Source: Alphaproteobacteria bacterium
GTDB taxonomy: Bacteria; Pseudomonadota; Alphaproteobacteria; UBA6615
Length of the DNA stretch: 64,000 bases
Assembly: GCA_021774575.1 (NCBI GenBank)
Contig: JAJFIX010000031.1
Location: 28,264 to 92,263, forward strand
Reading direction: 5' to 3'
Shown here: in pieces, positions 20,865-33,142 of the stretch
Layout: each line of letters begins with the position of its first letter
Position numbering within the stretch: position 1 is the stretch's first letter
The notes under the pieces: generated by a model
Databases searched by the model: none
Told to the model about the DNA's origin: nothing
Seen by the model: the letters and a program-made list of their open reading frames with translations, nothing else
Made by a program: the position numbers and the translations under genes

Positions 20865-22493
20865 ATGGCGAAATTCATTTTTATCACCGGCGGCGTGGTC
20901 TCTTCTCTAGGTAAGGGGCTTGCATCAGCCTCGATTGGGGCATTGCTTCAGGCCCGTGGCTATACCGTGCGGGTGCGCAAACTCGATCCCTACTTAAATG
21001 TCGACCCGGGGACTATGAGCCCTTACGAGCATGGCGAAGTGTTTGTCACCGATGACGGTGCGGAGACCGACTTGGACCTCGGTCATTACGAACGATTTAC
21101 CGGCGTTGCGGCAAAACAGTCCGACAATGTCACGTCTGGACGTATCTATTCCCAGGTGTTGGCGAGGGAACGGCGCGGGGCCTATTTAGGGGGTACGGTT
21201 CAAGTAATTCCCCATGTCACCGACGGTATAAAAAAATTCGCCACCGATGATCTCGATGGCGAAGATTTCGTGTTATGTGAAATTGGCGGCACGGTTGGCG
21301 ATATTGAAAGCTTGCCGTTTTTGGAGGCGATCCGACAATTGCGCAATGACTTGGGTGAACGACAAACGATGTTCGTTCATTTGACCTTGGTGCCCTATCT
21401 TGCCGCTGCTGGCGAACTCAAGACGAAACCGACCCAACATTCGGTAAAGGAATTGCAAGGCGTCGGCATTCGGCCCGATATCATTATTTGCCGGTGCGAA
21501 CGAGAGATTCCCGACGGTCACCGGCTTAAAATTGCCCAGCTGTGCAATATTCGTTCGGAGGCTGTGATCCAAGGGCTGGACGTCGACACGATTTATCAAG
21601 TGCCCCTCGATTATCATGCGCAAAAAGTCGACGAAATTGTACTTGAACATTTTGATTTGCCGGCGGGTAAGGCACCGGACCTCGGCAAATGGCACACAAT
21701 CGTTAATAGGCTTCGTGAACCCGAAGGGACGGTAAATATCGTCGTAGCGGGAAAATATACCGATCACGCCGATGCTTATAAATCGTTAGCCGAGGCCCTG
21801 ACTCATGGCGGCATCGCCAACAATGTTCGGGTCAAAGCCCATTGGGTTGGCAGTGAGCAATTCGAAAATAATCGGGATTTCAAAATATTCGAAGACGCCG
21901 ATGGAATTTTAGTACCTGGCGGCTTTGGGGAGCGGGGCTCTGAAGGTAAAATTGCTGTCGCGCAATATGCCCGTGAGAAAAACCTGCCCTATTTCGGCAT
22001 ATGTTTTGGCATGCAAATGGCGGTGATCGAGGTCGCGCGTCACCTCGCTGGGATAGAAGGCGCTGGATCAACTGAGTTCGGCGCTTGTGAAGACCCAATT
22101 GTCGGCCTCCTGACCGAGTGGCGCCGCGGCGCCGACATTGAGACCCGGCAAGCGGACGATGATAAAGGCGGGACTATGCGGCTCGGTGCCTATCCGGCCC
22201 AAATCGGCGTTGGCACGTTATTGGCTGGGATATATGGCGAGGACAATCTCTGTGAGCGACATCGCCATCGATATGAGGTCAACATTGATTATCGTGAACG
22301 ACTAGAGGCGGTCGGGCTGAAATTTTCAGCCTTGTCCCCCGACGGTACCCTGCCGGAGGTCGTGGAACTTGAAGGCCATCCTTGGTTTATCGGCGTGCAA
22401 TATCACCCGGAGTTAAAATCGAAACCGTTTGATCCGCATCCGCTATTCATGTCTTTTGTCGCCGCCGCTTTGAATCAATCAAGACTAGTGTAA
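20865..22493 (+). CDS. pyrG: CTP synthase
   Basis: [43 protein letters not shown]. Confidence 0.98.
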   Translation: MAKFIFITGGVVSSLGKGLASASIGALLQARGYTVRVRKLDPYLNVDPGTMSPYEHGEVFVTDDGAETDLDLGHYERFTGVAAKQSDNVTSGRIYSQVLARERRGAYLGGTVQVIPHVTDGIKKFATDDLDGEDFVLCEIGGTVGDIESLPFLEAIRQLRNDLGERQTMFVHLTLVPYLAAAGELKTKPTQHSVKELQGVGIRPDIIICRCEREIPDGHRLKIAQLCNIRSEAVIQGLDVDTIYQVPLDYHAQKVDEIVLEHFDLPAGKAPDLGKWHTIVNRLREPEGTVNIVVAGKYTDHADAYKSLAEALTHGGIANNVRVKAHWVGSEQFENNRDFKIFEDADGILVPGGFGERGSEGKIAVAQYAREKNLPYFGICFGMQMAVIEVARHLAGIEGAGSTEFGACEDPIVGLLTEWRRGADIETRQADDDKGGTMRLGAYPAQIGVGTLLAGIYGEDNLCERHRHRYEVNIDYRERLEAVGLKFSALSPDGTLPEVVELEGHPWFIGVQYHPELKSKPFDPHPLFMSFVAAALNQSRLV

Positions 22494-22503
22494 TCGCAAC
22501 ATT

Positions 22504-22538
22504 TACCAGCCATTTCTACCAGCCATTTCTACCAGCCA
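22504..22538. repeat. 13-bp tandem repeat TACCAGCCATTTC (2.7 copies)
   Basis: Copies at 22504 and 22517, partial at 22530, in the pyrG-kdsA spacer. Confidence 0.85.
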
Positions 22539-22549
22539 ATGGAGAAGTA

Positions 22550-23389
22550 ATGACCTCGGTTAAAGTTGGAGACCTCGAAATCGGCAATGAATTGCCATTG
22601 ACCTTGATCGCGGGTCCGTGCGTTCTCGAATCGCGCCAACATGGGCTGGAGATGAGCGCCGCGTTGCAGGAAATGGCCGCCGCCAAGGGAATAGGCCTGA
22701 TCTATAAATCCAGTTTCGATAAAGCCAACCGCACATCAATCAGTAGTGAGCGTGGCCTTGGTTTGGCAAAGAGCATGGAAATATTCGCCGAAATCCGTGA
22801 GACCACCGGCCTGCCGATCTTGACCGATGTCCATACACCCGAGCAGTGCGTGGCGGTGGGCGAAGTTGCCGACCTACTGCAAATCCCAGCTTTTTTGTGC
22901 CGCCAAACCGATTTATTGCTGGCCGCTGCTGGAACGGGCAAGGCCGTCAATATTAAAAAAGGGCAGTTTTTGGCTCCTTGGGATATGGAGCATGTCGTTG
23001 CCAAGGCGCAGAGCACCGGCAGCGAAAAAATTATGGTTTGCGAGCGCGGGACGAGTTTCGGCTATAACACGTTGGTTTCCGATATGCGGTCCCTGGCGAT
23101 CATGGCGGACCAGACAAATTGCCCGGTGGTGTTTGACGCAACCCATTCGGTGCAGCAGCCGGGCGGTCAAGGCGGCACAACCGGCGGCCAGCGGGAATTT
23201 GTGCCCCTTTTGGCGCGGGCAGCGGTTTCGGCCGGGGTCGCGGCGGTTTTCATGGAAACCCACCAGGACCCGGATAATGCGCCAAGCGATGGGCCAAATA
23301 TGGTGCGTTTGAGCGATATGCCCGAATTGATCGATACGTTGATGGCCTTCGACGCGGTCGCCAAGGCCCGTCCATTTCGTCTCAGCTGA
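22550..23389 (+). CDS. kdsA: KDO 8-phosphate synthase
   Basis: AGPCVLES, KSSFDKANRTS, QIPAFLCRQTD, NIKKGQF, DATHSVQ, SDGP. Confidence 0.97.
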   Translation: MTSVKVGDLEIGNELPLTLIAGPCVLESRQHGLEMSAALQEMAAAKGIGLIYKSSFDKANRTSISSERGLGLAKSMEIFAEIRETTGLPILTDVHTPEQCVAVGEVADLLQIPAFLCRQTDLLLAAAGTGKAVNIKKGQFLAPWDMEHVVAKAQSTGSEKIMVCERGTSFGYNTLVSDMRSLAIMADQTNCPVVFDATHSVQQPGGQGGTTGGQREFVPLLARAAVSAGVAAVFMETHQDPDNAPSDGPNMVRLSDMPELIDTLMAFDAVAKARPFRLS

Positions 23390-23394
23390 TTTAA

Positions 23395-24714
<1,320 letters not shown>

Positions 24715-24802
24715 GGTCAGTTCGCTAACCCGCACAACTTGTTGAAATAAAACACTTCAGCAGCCTTGACGCGATGCGGAAATATATGATTCGTTAACAT
24801 CC

Positions 24803-25114
24803 ATGTCGGCTTTAACTGAAATACAATCTCGCCTGCGTGCGGTCGCTGTTCCAACAGCCATCGCACTGGTTGGCAGCTATTTTGCCTATCATGTTGTGCA
24901 GGGCGAGCATGGCCTAATCTCGTATATTAAATTACGCTCTCAAATATCTGAGGCGACTTATGTATCTCGAGAAATATCTACCGAACGCCAGAGGCTCGAA
25001 AACGATGTCGCCTTGCTGCGACCAGACAATCTAGACCTGGATATGTTGGAGGAGGCGGTACGCCGTCAACTCAATTTCAACCATCCGGATGAAATCGTAA
25101 TTTTACTTGATTAG
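24803..25114 (+). CDS. ftsB: Septum formation initiator FtsB/DivIC family
   Basis: Single TM, GEHGL, coiled coil, LDLDMLEE..R; directly after eno. Confidence 0.88.
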   Translation: MSALTEIQSRLRAVAVPTAIALVGSYFAYHVVQGEHGLISYIKLRSQISEATYVSREISTERQRLENDVALLRPDNLDLDMLEEAVRRQLNFNHPDEIVILLD

Positions 25115-25496
25115 GCTTGATTGCGGCGCTGCGACGGAACATTTTTCCGGCATCAAGGCATCCCCTTTCTAACTGGTTGAAACACCGTGTAATTTTAGGC
25201 GCGGTGGAAAAAACCAGTAATAAGTTGCAAGTATTTGGTGTTGCAGCGAAATTAAATTTCCCTGTGTAGTTATTGGCAGCTTCTTTGTTCCGGCACCCAT
25301 ATTTGATATTAACCGAAATTCAGTTAATTCCTTTTAAACGTTGAAAATTCACGCATTTTTGGATTGTTGACGCTTGCGCGCGCTCTATTTCATACGTACA
25401 AGTCCGATGCGACCGGGGGCAAATTCGATGATTTTCTTCGGTTGTCGTGCGGCAACTTATTTTGTCGGCAGACGCGCAGGTAAAAGGGGCGATCAC

Positions 25497-26582
25497 ATGG
25501 CATCATCCGGCTCAGCAACTCAGAAAAAACGCCCTAAATTGGCTTCGGGACGGGGCACGAAGCGTAAATTGACCCGGCGTAACAGCCCGAATTCCAAAAC
25601 CAGTGCGGCCCCATTGGTTGTCGGCGGGAACCAGGCGCTGGATTTCTACCGAAATATGCTGCTGATCCGCCGATTCGAGGAAAAAGCCGGGCAACTTTAC
25701 GGCATGGGCCTAATCGGTGGGTTTTGTCATCTCTATATTGGGCAAGAGGCCGTTGTCGTCGGTATGCAATCGACCCTTGGAGAGGTCGACTCGGTGATAA
25801 CTGCTTACCGCGACCATGGCCATATGTTGGCTGCGGGTATGGACCCTAAGGGTGTAATGGCGGAATTAACGGGGCGGCGTGGTGGCTACTCAAATGGCAA
25901 GGGCGGCTCAATGCATATGTTTTCAAAAGAGAATAGGTTTTTTGGTGGCCACGGAATTGTCGGCGCCAATGTTTCACTTGGCACCGGAATAGCCTTTGCC
26001 AACCGGTATCGTGAAGACGGCGGCGTCTGTCTAACTTATTTCGGTGATGGTGCCTCTAATCAGGGACAGGTTGCCGAAAGTTTCAATATGGCCGCCTTGT
26101 GGGGGTTGCCGGTAGTTTATGTCATCGAAAATAATCGCTATGGCATGGGGACTTCCATTGAACGGGCGTCTGCCGAAACAGAGCTTTATCTTCGCGGCGC
26201 AGCCAATGGGATCGAAGGTGAAGCGGTTGACGGCATGGATGTCGTCGCTGTCGCGGAGGCCGCCGAAAAAGCGGTTTCTTACGCGCGTAGCGGCAAGGGG
26301 CCGTATGTGCTTGAAATGCACACATATCGTTATCGCGGCCATTCAATGTCGGACCCAGCGAAATATCGGTCCCGGGAAGAGGTGCAAAAAATTCGCACCG
26401 AAAAAGACCCCATTCAATCCTATTCAGATAAATTGACCGCCAACAAATTGGCCAGCACGGCCGATTTAAAGGCGATTGACGAAGAGGTCAAAAAGACAGT
26501 TCAAGAGGCGGCGGATTTCGCTCAAAACAGCCCCGAGCCAGACGATAGCGAACTCTACACAGATGTTTATGTTGCCGCTTAA
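25497..26582 (+). CDS. pdhA: Pyruvate dehydrogenase E1 alpha
   Basis: GFCHLYIGQEA, GKGGSMH, FGDGASNQG (TPP), YRYRGHSMSDP; ATG 25497 has an AAGGGG RBS. Confidence 0.96.
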   Translation: MASSGSATQKKRPKLASGRGTKRKLTRRNSPNSKTSAAPLVVGGNQALDFYRNMLLIRRFEEKAGQLYGMGLIGGFCHLYIGQEAVVVGMQSTLGEVDSVITAYRDHGHMLAAGMDPKGVMAELTGRRGGYSNGKGGSMHMFSKENRFFGGHGIVGANVSLGTGIAFANRYREDGGVCLTYFGDGASNQGQVAESFNMAALWGLPVVYVIENNRYGMGTSIERASAETELYLRGAANGIEGEAVDGMDVVAVAEAAEKAVSYARSGKGPYVLEMHTYRYRGHSMSDPAKYRSREEVQKIRTEKDPIQSYSDKLTANKLASTADLKAIDEEVKKTVQEAADFAQNSPEPDDSELYTDVYVAA

Positions 26583-26610
26583 AGTAATAAATTAGGAATA
26601 GGAAAAAATC

Positions 26611-27972
26611 ATGCCAATTCCGGTTCTTATGCCAGCGCTCTCACCTACTATGACAGAGGGTAATTTGGCGCGTTGGCTCAAGGCTGAAGGTGACAATGTC
26701 GGCAGTGGCGATATCATTGCCGAAATTGAAACCGACAAAGCGACGATGGAAATTGAAGCCGTTGATGATGGTATCATGGGCCGCATTCTTGTCGCCGATG
26801 GCGCCCAGGGGGTGGCGGTGAATACGCCGATCGCTCTGCTGCTTGCCGAGGGAGAAGATGCATCGGCGCTTGAACAGTCAGATGCTGCGGAGGCATTGAA
26901 CGACGAGTCCCAAACGGGCGGTGCGCGATCAAGCCCCGCGTCGACCATTGCTGCTCCGATAGAGGTCGCTCCGACAGAGATTGAGTATGAGGGCGAAACG
27001 GCAGTAATGACCGTTCGTGAGGCTCTTCGGGATGCGATGGCCGAGGAAATGCGCAGTGACGACAACGTGTTCTTGATCGGTGAGGAGGTTGCCCAATATC
27101 AGGGCGCCTATAAGGTCAGCCAAGGTTTGCTCGACGAGTTTGGGGCGAAGCGGGTTATCGATACGCCGATCACCGAGCATGGGTTCGCCGGCCTGGGGGT
27201 CGGCGCAGCTTTTACCGGATTAAAACCAATCGTCGAGTTTATGACATTCAATTTTGCGATGCAGGCGATCGACCATATCATCAATTCGGCCGCCAAGACC
27301 CTTTATATGTCTGGCGGTCAATTGGGCGCTCCGATTGTTTTTCGCGGACCGAATGGAGCCGCATCACGGGTCGGCGCGCAACATTCCCAATGTTATGCCA
27401 GCTGGTATGCGCATTGCCCCGGTTTGAAAGTGGTCGCCCCCAATTCGGCTGCGGATGCGAAGGGATTGCTTAAAGCGGCCATTCGCGATCCAAATCCGGT
27501 TATATTTTTGGAAAATGAATTGCTATACGGCGTCAGTTCGCAAGTGCCTGTGTCCGGCGATTTTGTCGTGCCCCTTGGCAAGGCTAAAGTGGTGCGCGTA
27601 GGCACCGACATAACCATTGCCGGGTTTTCCATAATGGTTGGCAAAGCCCTGGAGGCCGCAGAAATATTGGCCGAGCAGGGCATTAGTGTTGAAGTTATCG
27701 ATTTGCGCAGTCTGCGCCCCCTAGATACCGAAACCATCATCCAGTCGGTACGCAAAACTAACCGACTGGTTACTCTAGAGGAAGGTTGGTTATTTTCGGG
27801 CATTGGCGCGGAGATATCTGCCAGAGTTACCGAGCAAGCATTCGACTGGCTCGACGCACCGATATTGCGTGTTGGCGGTGCCGACGTTCCGATGCCCTAT
27901 GCGGCGAATTTGGAACGCCTCGCCCTGCCGCAAGTCGCCGAAATTGTCGCGACAATTCAGTCGATTGCCTAA
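26611..27972 (+). CDS. pdhB: Pyruvate dehydrogenase E1 beta with N-terminal lipoyl domain
   Basis: IETDKA lipoyl motif; [31 protein letters not shown]. Confidence 0.96.
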   Translation: MPIPVLMPALSPTMTEGNLARWLKAEGDNVGSGDIIAEIETDKATMEIEAVDDGIMGRILVADGAQGVAVNTPIALLLAEGEDASALEQSDAAEALNDESQTGGARSSPASTIAAPIEVAPTEIEYEGETAVMTVREALRDAMAEEMRSDDNVFLIGEEVAQYQGAYKVSQGLLDEFGAKRVIDTPITEHGFAGLGVGAAFTGLKPIVEFMTFNFAMQAIDHIINSAAKTLYMSGGQLGAPIVFRGPNGAASRVGAQHSQCYASWYAHCPGLKVVAPNSAADAKGLLKAAIRDPNPVIFLENELLYGVSSQVPVSGDFVVPLGKAKVVRVGTDITIAGFSIMVGKALEAAEILAEQGISVEVIDLRSLRPLDTETIIQSVRKTNRLVTLEEGWLFSGIGAEISARVTEQAFDWLDAPILRVGGADVPMPYAANLERLALPQVAEIVATIQSIA

Positions 27973-27997
27973 TCGTTGGCGATCGCCTAACCGCTGG
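27962..27997. repeat. 18-bp degenerate tandem duplication containing the pdhB stop codon
   Basis: cgattgcctaatcgttgg / cgatcgcctaaccgctgg (15/18 identical). Confidence 0.7.
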
Positions 27998-28029
27998 AAT
28001 AACTGCTTTCGAGACGAAGGAAATCCGCC

Positions 28030-29289
28030 ATGCCTATTCCCGTCCTGATGCCGGCCCTGTCGCCAACAATGACCGATGGTACCTTGGCCCGTTGGCTGAA
28101 AAATGCCGGTGATCCCGTTAGCGCTGGCGACATCATTGCCGAGATTGAAACCGACAAGGCAACAATGGAAGTCGAGGCCGTTGACGAGGGCACATTTGGG
28201 CGGGCCTTGGTCGAAGAGGGTAGCGAAGGTGTTGCGGTAAACGCGCCGATCGCTCTTCTGCTCGGCGAAGGCGAGGATGCCGCAGAACTCGATAAATTTG
28301 AGGCGCCACAGCAACCGGCATCGGTTGCGCCTGAAAACCCACCAACTCCTGAAGTGGCGACGGCTTCCGTAACTGCGACCGTGGCAAAACAGCCCGCGCA
28401 AAAACCGGTTGTGGCGAGTGGTGGACGTATTTTTGCCAGCCCCCTGGCGCGCCGTTTGGCGGCGGATCAATCCATCGATTTGGCTCAGGTAACTGGCTCC
28501 GGGCCCCATGGTCGGATCGTCAAAATTGATATTGAAAATTTTGTACCAAGCGCGGCCGCAGGCGGAAACGCAGCACCTGTATTTTCGGGTGATGCTCCGT
28601 TCGATCTCGTTCCCCACACCAATATGCGCAAAGTCATTGCCCAACGGCTCAGTCAATCCAAACAAACTGTGCCGCATTTCTACCTGACGGTGGACATGGA
28701 AATTGATCGCCTGCTGGAGGCGCGCAAGCAAATTAATGCCAGCTTGGCGGATGATGGCATGGGCGCAAAAATATCGGTAAACGATTTTGTCATTATGGCG
28801 TCGGCCAAGGCCCTGATCGCGGTGCCCGCGGCAAATGCATCCTGGTCCGATGATGGGCTGCGCCAATATACGCGATCCGACATATCCGTTGCGGTGGCGA
28901 TTGAGGGCGGCCTAATCACGCCGGTGATCCGGGGCGCCAACGCCAAGAGCCTGAGTGCTATTTCTTCAGAAATGAAACAGCTTGGCGCGAAAGCCAAAGA
29001 CGGAAAATTGCAGCCGGAAGACTATCAGGGCGGCACGTTCTCGATTTCTAATCTTGGCATGTACGGCATTCGTGAATTCGCCGCCGTGATCAATCCGCCG
29101 CAAGGCTGCATCCTGGCGGTCGGCGCCGGTGAGCAACGTCCCGTGGTTCGTGAGGGTACTCTCGGTATTGCGACGGTAATGACATGTACTTTGTCCGTTG
29201 ACCATCGGGCTGTCGACGGCGCTGTCGGGTCAGAGTTTTTGGTGGCCTTTAAGAAGTATATGGAAAATCCCCTGGCGATGCTGGCCTAG
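28030..29289 (+). CDS. pdhC: Pyruvate dehydrogenase E2 (dihydrolipoamide acetyltransferase)
   Basis: Lipoyl IETDKA, E3-binding [17 protein letters not shown], catalytic DHRAVDG. Confidence 0.96.
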   Translation: MPIPVLMPALSPTMTDGTLARWLKNAGDPVSAGDIIAEIETDKATMEVEAVDEGTFGRALVEEGSEGVAVNAPIALLLGEGEDAAELDKFEAPQQPASVAPENPPTPEVATASVTATVAKQPAQKPVVASGGRIFASPLARRLAADQSIDLAQVTGSGPHGRIVKIDIENFVPSAAAGGNAAPVFSGDAPFDLVPHTNMRKVIAQRLSQSKQTVPHFYLTVDMEIDRLLEARKQINASLADDGMGAKISVNDFVIMASAKALIAVPAANASWSDDGLRQYTRSDISVAVAIEGGLITPVIRGANAKSLSAISSEMKQLGAKAKDGKLQPEDYQGGTFSISNLGMYGIREFAAVINPPQGCILAVGAGEQRPVVREGTLGIATVMTCTLSVDHRAVDGAVGSEFLVAFKKYMENPLAMLA

Positions 29290-29329
29290 GCATCTTCGCA
29301 ACCAAGGTGTAGAGCAAGGAGTACGCGGC

Positions 29330-30742
29330 GTGGCCAATACAAACTATGACGTCATTGTTATAGGGGGCGGACCCGGCGGCTATGTCGCCGCAATCCGCGC
29401 GGCCCAACTGGGCCTCAAGGCCGTGGTTGTAGAACGTGAGCATTTGGGTGGTATCTGCCTCAATTGGGGCTGTATTCCGACAAAGGCTCTCCTTCGGTCT
29501 GCCGAAGTCTTGCACCAGATTAAAGATGCGAAATCTTACGGCTTGCAGGTTGAAGGTGTCTCCTTTGATATCAAAAAAATCGTGCGCCGATCACGTCAGG
29601 TTTCTCGACGCCTGACCCATGGCATCGGCCATCTGCTGGGCAAAAACAAAGTTGATGTTATCGAGGGCGTTGCCAAATTGGGCGGCAAAGGTAAAGTCTC
29701 GGTGACATTGAACGAGGCCGATGACGGGAAAAAAACAACCGAGCTTACCGGCAAACATATCATTCTTGCGACTGGCGCCCGGGCACGGGAATTGCCGGGA
29801 CTTGAAATCGATGGCAAGCTCTTGTGGAGTTATAAGGAGGCTATGGTTCCCGAAGCCATGCCAAAATCTTTGCTGGTCATTGGCTCGGGTGCGATCGGCG
29901 TTGAGTTTGCATCCTTCTATAATGACCTCGGTGCCGAGGTGACGGTCATTGAAATGGTCGATCGAATTTTGCCAGTTGAGGACGAGGAAATTTCCGCTCA
30001 GGCAGCAAAATCATTCGCCGGCGCCGGGATCAAAATACACACGAAGACGACGGTCAAATCCCTGAAAAAGGGAAAAGACAATCTCACCGCGGTCATCGAT
30101 ATTGCTGGTAAGCAGGAAGAACTTGTTGTCGACCGGGTCATTGTCGCGGCGGGCATTGTCGGAAATGCCGAAGGTCTTGGCTTAGAGGGAACAAAGGTCA
30201 AAATCGAGAAAACCCACATTGTTACAAATGAATGGGGCGAAACCGGTGAGCCAGGCGTTTATGCCATTGGTGATGTCGCCGGCCCGCCTTGGCTTGCCCA
30301 TAAGGCCAGTCATGAGGGCGTTGTGTGTGTCGAAAAAATTGCCGGTGTCGAGGGCGTTCATCCCATGGATGCAAGCTCTATTCCTGGGTGCACATATTCG
30401 CGACCGCAAATCGCCTCTGTTGGCATGACCGAGGCCCAAGCTAAAGTGGCAGGGCGAAAAGTAAAAGTCGGACGTTTTCCGTTTGCCGGTAACGGCAAGG
30501 CGGTTGCTCTTGGCGAGCCGGATGGCCTGGTAAAAACAATTTTCGACGCGGGGACCGGCGAGTTTCTCGGCGCCCATATGATCGGCGCCGAAGTTACGGA
30601 ACTCATTCAAGGCTATGTCATCGCCAAATCGTTGGAAACGACTGAAGCCGAGCTAATGCACACGGTCTTTCCGCATCCGACATTATCGGAAATGATGCAC
30701 GAGTCCGTGCTCGATGCGTATGGTCGGGCGATCCATTTTTAA
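29330..30742 (+). CDS. lpdA: Dihydrolipoyl dehydrogenase (E3)
   Basis: GGGPGGY, GGICLNWGCIPTK, GSGAIG, PHPTLSE; GTG 29330 with AAGGAG RBS. Confidence 0.96.
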   Translation: MANTNYDVIVIGGGPGGYVAAIRAAQLGLKAVVVEREHLGGICLNWGCIPTKALLRSAEVLHQIKDAKSYGLQVEGVSFDIKKIVRRSRQVSRRLTHGIGHLLGKNKVDVIEGVAKLGGKGKVSVTLNEADDGKKTTELTGKHIILATGARARELPGLEIDGKLLWSYKEAMVPEAMPKSLLVIGSGAIGVEFASFYNDLGAEVTVIEMVDRILPVEDEEISAQAAKSFAGAGIKIHTKTTVKSLKKGKDNLTAVIDIAGKQEELVVDRVIVAAGIVGNAEGLGLEGTKVKIEKTHIVTNEWGETGEPGVYAIGDVAGPPWLAHKASHEGVVCVEKIAGVEGVHPMDASSIPGCTYSRPQIASVGMTEAQAKVAGRKVKVGRFPFAGNGKAVALGEPDGLVKTIFDAGTGEFLGAHMIGAEVTELIQGYVIAKSLETTEAELMHTVFPHPTLSEMMHESVLDAYGRAIHF

Positions 30743-30763
30743 TCTAGAGACACGGATTAAGTC

Positions 30764-31720
30764 ATGAGCACAGCGACGAATTTTCGCCATCCGGAAAAAC
30801 GGAACAGGCCCGATAATCCGATCCAGCGCAAGCCTCCTTGGATCCGGGTCAAGGCACCTTCATCGACGTCGGAATATCACAAGGTCGCAAAAATGATGCG
30901 CGACCTTAATCTGACGACAGTGTGCGAAGAAGCGGCTTGCCCAAATATTGGCGAGTGTTGGGCGCAGCGTCATGCGACGATGATGATCATGGGCGATACT
31001 TGCACGCGGGCTTGCGCCTTTTGCAATGTCGCGACCGGACAGCCACGGCCACTTGACCCTGCCGAACCGGCAAATGTTGGGTTGGCGGTTGGTGGGCTAG
31101 GGCTTTCGCATGTGGTCATAACGTCGGTTGACCGGGACGATCTGGAGGATGGCGGGGCGGCACATTTTGCCGAGACAATTCGCCAAATTCGGATGGCGGC
31201 GCCCGAAACTACAATCGAAATACTCACACCGGATTTTAAGGGTAAGACCAAAGCAATTGAAGCATTTGACGGCGCTATGCCGGAAATATTCAATCACAAC
31301 CTAGAGACGGTGCCGCGTCTATATCCGACAATTCGTCCGGGGGCCCGCTATTTCACCAGTCTCTCGCTGTTACAGGCGGCGAAAATTCGCCAGCCGGAAA
31401 TTTTCACAAAATCTGGCATGATGGCTGGCCTTGGTGAAACCCGGGAAGAAGTTGGCCAAGTGATGGATGATTTACGGGCGGCCAACGTAGATTTTCTGAC
31501 GATTGGCCAGTATTTGCAGCCGACGGTTAAACATGCTGCGATTGATCGCTTTGTCACCCCGGATGAATTTGAAGATTATGCGAGGATGGCCCGGGCGAAG
31601 GGGTTCTTGCTGGTGTCGGCGACGCCATTGACCCGTTCGAGTTATCACGCCGGCGAAGATTTTGCCAAGCTGAAGGCGGCGCGGCTGGCCGAATTGGCAA
31701 AGGGTCGCGAGGCGGGCTGA
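30764..31720 (+). CDS. lipA: Lipoyl synthase
   Basis: [25 protein letters not shown]. Confidence 0.97.
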   Translation: MSTATNFRHPEKRNRPDNPIQRKPPWIRVKAPSSTSEYHKVAKMMRDLNLTTVCEEAACPNIGECWAQRHATMMIMGDTCTRACAFCNVATGQPRPLDPAEPANVGLAVGGLGLSHVVITSVDRDDLEDGGAAHFAETIRQIRMAAPETTIEILTPDFKGKTKAIEAFDGAMPEIFNHNLETVPRLYPTIRPGARYFTSLSLLQAAKIRQPEIFTKSGMMAGLGETREEVGQVMDDLRAANVDFLTIGQYLQPTVKHAAIDRFVTPDEFEDYARMARAKGFLLVSATPLTRSSYHAGEDFAKLKAARLAELAKGREAG

Positions 31721-32164
31721 ATGCCGGTCCATACGGAAAAACGAACGTCTCCCTATCGCGCCGATCAGATGTACGATCTCGTCGCCGATATTGACCGCTA
31801 TCCAGAATTTTTACCTTGGGTAACGGCGACCCGAAAAATTCGGAGCGATGATCTGGCGACGCTCTATGAAATGGCAATCGGCTTTCGGATGATGCGGGAG
31901 AAATTCACATCCAAAGTTGTATTCGAACGTCCCAACCGAATAACCGTTGATTACATTCGCGGACCGATGCGGCACTTAAAGAATAGTTGGGATTTTAAAG
32001 AACGGGCGGAGGGCGGCTGTGAAATCGAGTTTCATATCGATTTTGAGTTTCGCTCCAGCTTGTTGCAGCGTTTGATTGGACCGCTTTTCTATGATGCGGT
32101 CGTGCGTATGGTGGGTGCATTTGAGACCCGCGCGACGGATGTTTACGGCGCGCCCAAAACCTAG
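31721..32164 (+). CDS. ratA: COQ10/RatA (PasT) START-domain ubiquinone-binding protein
   Basis: YDLVADIDRYPEFLPW, GPMRHLKNSW, MVGAFETRA; conserved position after lipA. Confidence 0.88.
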   Translation: MPVHTEKRTSPYRADQMYDLVADIDRYPEFLPWVTATRKIRSDDLATLYEMAIGFRMMREKFTSKVVFERPNRITVDYIRGPMRHLKNSWDFKERAEGGCEIEFHIDFEFRSSLLQRLIGPLFYDAVVRMVGAFETRATDVYGAPKT

Positions 32165-32658
32165 CCTTTGCCAGCCAGTACTTGGGCAATTATGCCAAAG
32201 GCGGTGAATATCGTTTGGTGGCGAATATCCGTCCGGTCACCGGAAAAAATATTTCGACGATGAATGGTCGGTCTGCCCGTTCCCGCACATGCAATATGGA
32301 CCAGGCCGACGGGCTTATCCTGGGTGCCGCCCCCCGGACCGGCCACTCCAGTGACGGCAATTGTGATATCGGCTGCCGATTTTTTTAAGGCGCCCTCGGC
32401 CATCGATCTGGCAACTTTTTCGCTGACCGCACCCTCCAGATTTACCAACATCGCCGGTACGCCGAGCATCTCGGTTTTCGAGGCATTTGAGTAGGTGACA
32501 AACCCGCGCTCAAAAACATCAGAAGATCCTGGGATTTCAGTTAGCATACCGGCAATCAAACCACCGGTACAGCTCTCCGCCGTGGCCAATTTTACATCGG
32601 ATCGCCGACAGGCCTCGAGCAAGGTCTTTGCCGCAGTTTCTAAATTTTGCAGGTCCAT
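32161..32658 (-). CDS. cinA: CinA C-terminal / PncC NMN deamidase
   Basis: TAESCTGG, PGSS, VTYSNASK, GAVS, TGVAGPGG, KPVG. Confidence 0.92.
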   Translation of the reverse strand: MDLQNLETAAKTLLEACRRSDVKLATAESCTGGLIAGMLTEIPGSSDVFERGFVTYSNASKTEMLGVPAMLVNLEGAVSEKVARSMAEGALKKSAADITIAVTGVAGPGGGTQDKPVGLVHIACAGTGRPTIHRRNIFSGDRTDIRHQTIFTAFGIIAQVLAGKG

Positions 32659-32671
32659 CGGGTCAACAATC

Positions 32672-33142
32672 CTAGGTTAGCATGAGGGTGGCGGGCCAAA
32701 CGATAGCCAGGGCGTAAAGCCCGGCGACAATGTCATCGACCATGATGCCCCAGCCGCCGGGTAGCAATTCAAATTTGCGGACCGGCCAGGGTTTCCAAAT
32801 ATCGAACAATCGAAACGCGATGAAGGCGAGTCCATAGAAGAGCCAATTGCTAGGGGAGAAATAAGCAACCGGCAGTAAGGCCAGCCACTGTCCCGCGACC
32901 TCGTCGATGACGGCGGAGCCGGGGTCCTTCGTACCAAGCAATTTTGCGTAGTGTCCCGATGCAACTACTCCGACAAAAAAAACAAGCATCGTGGCAATGG
33001 CTAGGCCAAGCGGCCCCGACCGGACAATGATTACCCAACCAAAGGGCAGGGCGGCGAGGGACCCCCATGTGCCCGGTGCACCAGGCAGGCGGCCACTGCC
33101 GAACCAGGTCGCCAATAAAACGGCCAACATATTTTGGATCAT
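32672..33142 (-). CDS. pgpA: Phosphatidylglycerophosphatase A
   Basis: APGTWGS, DPGSAVIDEVAG, FRLFDIWKPWP, GIMVDD. Confidence 0.93.
   Translation of the reverse strand: MIQNMLAVLLATWFGSGRLPGAPGTWGSLAALPFGWVIIVRSGPLGLAIATMLVFFVGVVASGHYAKLLGTKDPGSAVIDEVAGQWLALLPVAYFSPSNWLFYGLAFIAFRLFDIWKPWPVRKFELLPGGWGIMVDDIVAGLYALAIVWPATLMLT

Noticed and set aside
26611..28290. Near-identical N-termini of PdhB and PdhC as a recent duplication or misassembly
   Set aside because: A lipoyl domain on E1-beta is known in alphaproteobacteria, and the DNA is diverged at synonymous sites.
27790..28866. 358-aa antisense ORF over pdhB/pdhC (likewise 1419-2261, 3475-4239, 14474-15166)
   Set aside because: Shadow ORFs opposite well-conserved genes, with no recognisable motifs.
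31721..32164. RatA/PasT as a toxin-antitoxin system
   Set aside because: It is a COQ10-like respiratory protein in its conserved position after lipA, with no partner gene.
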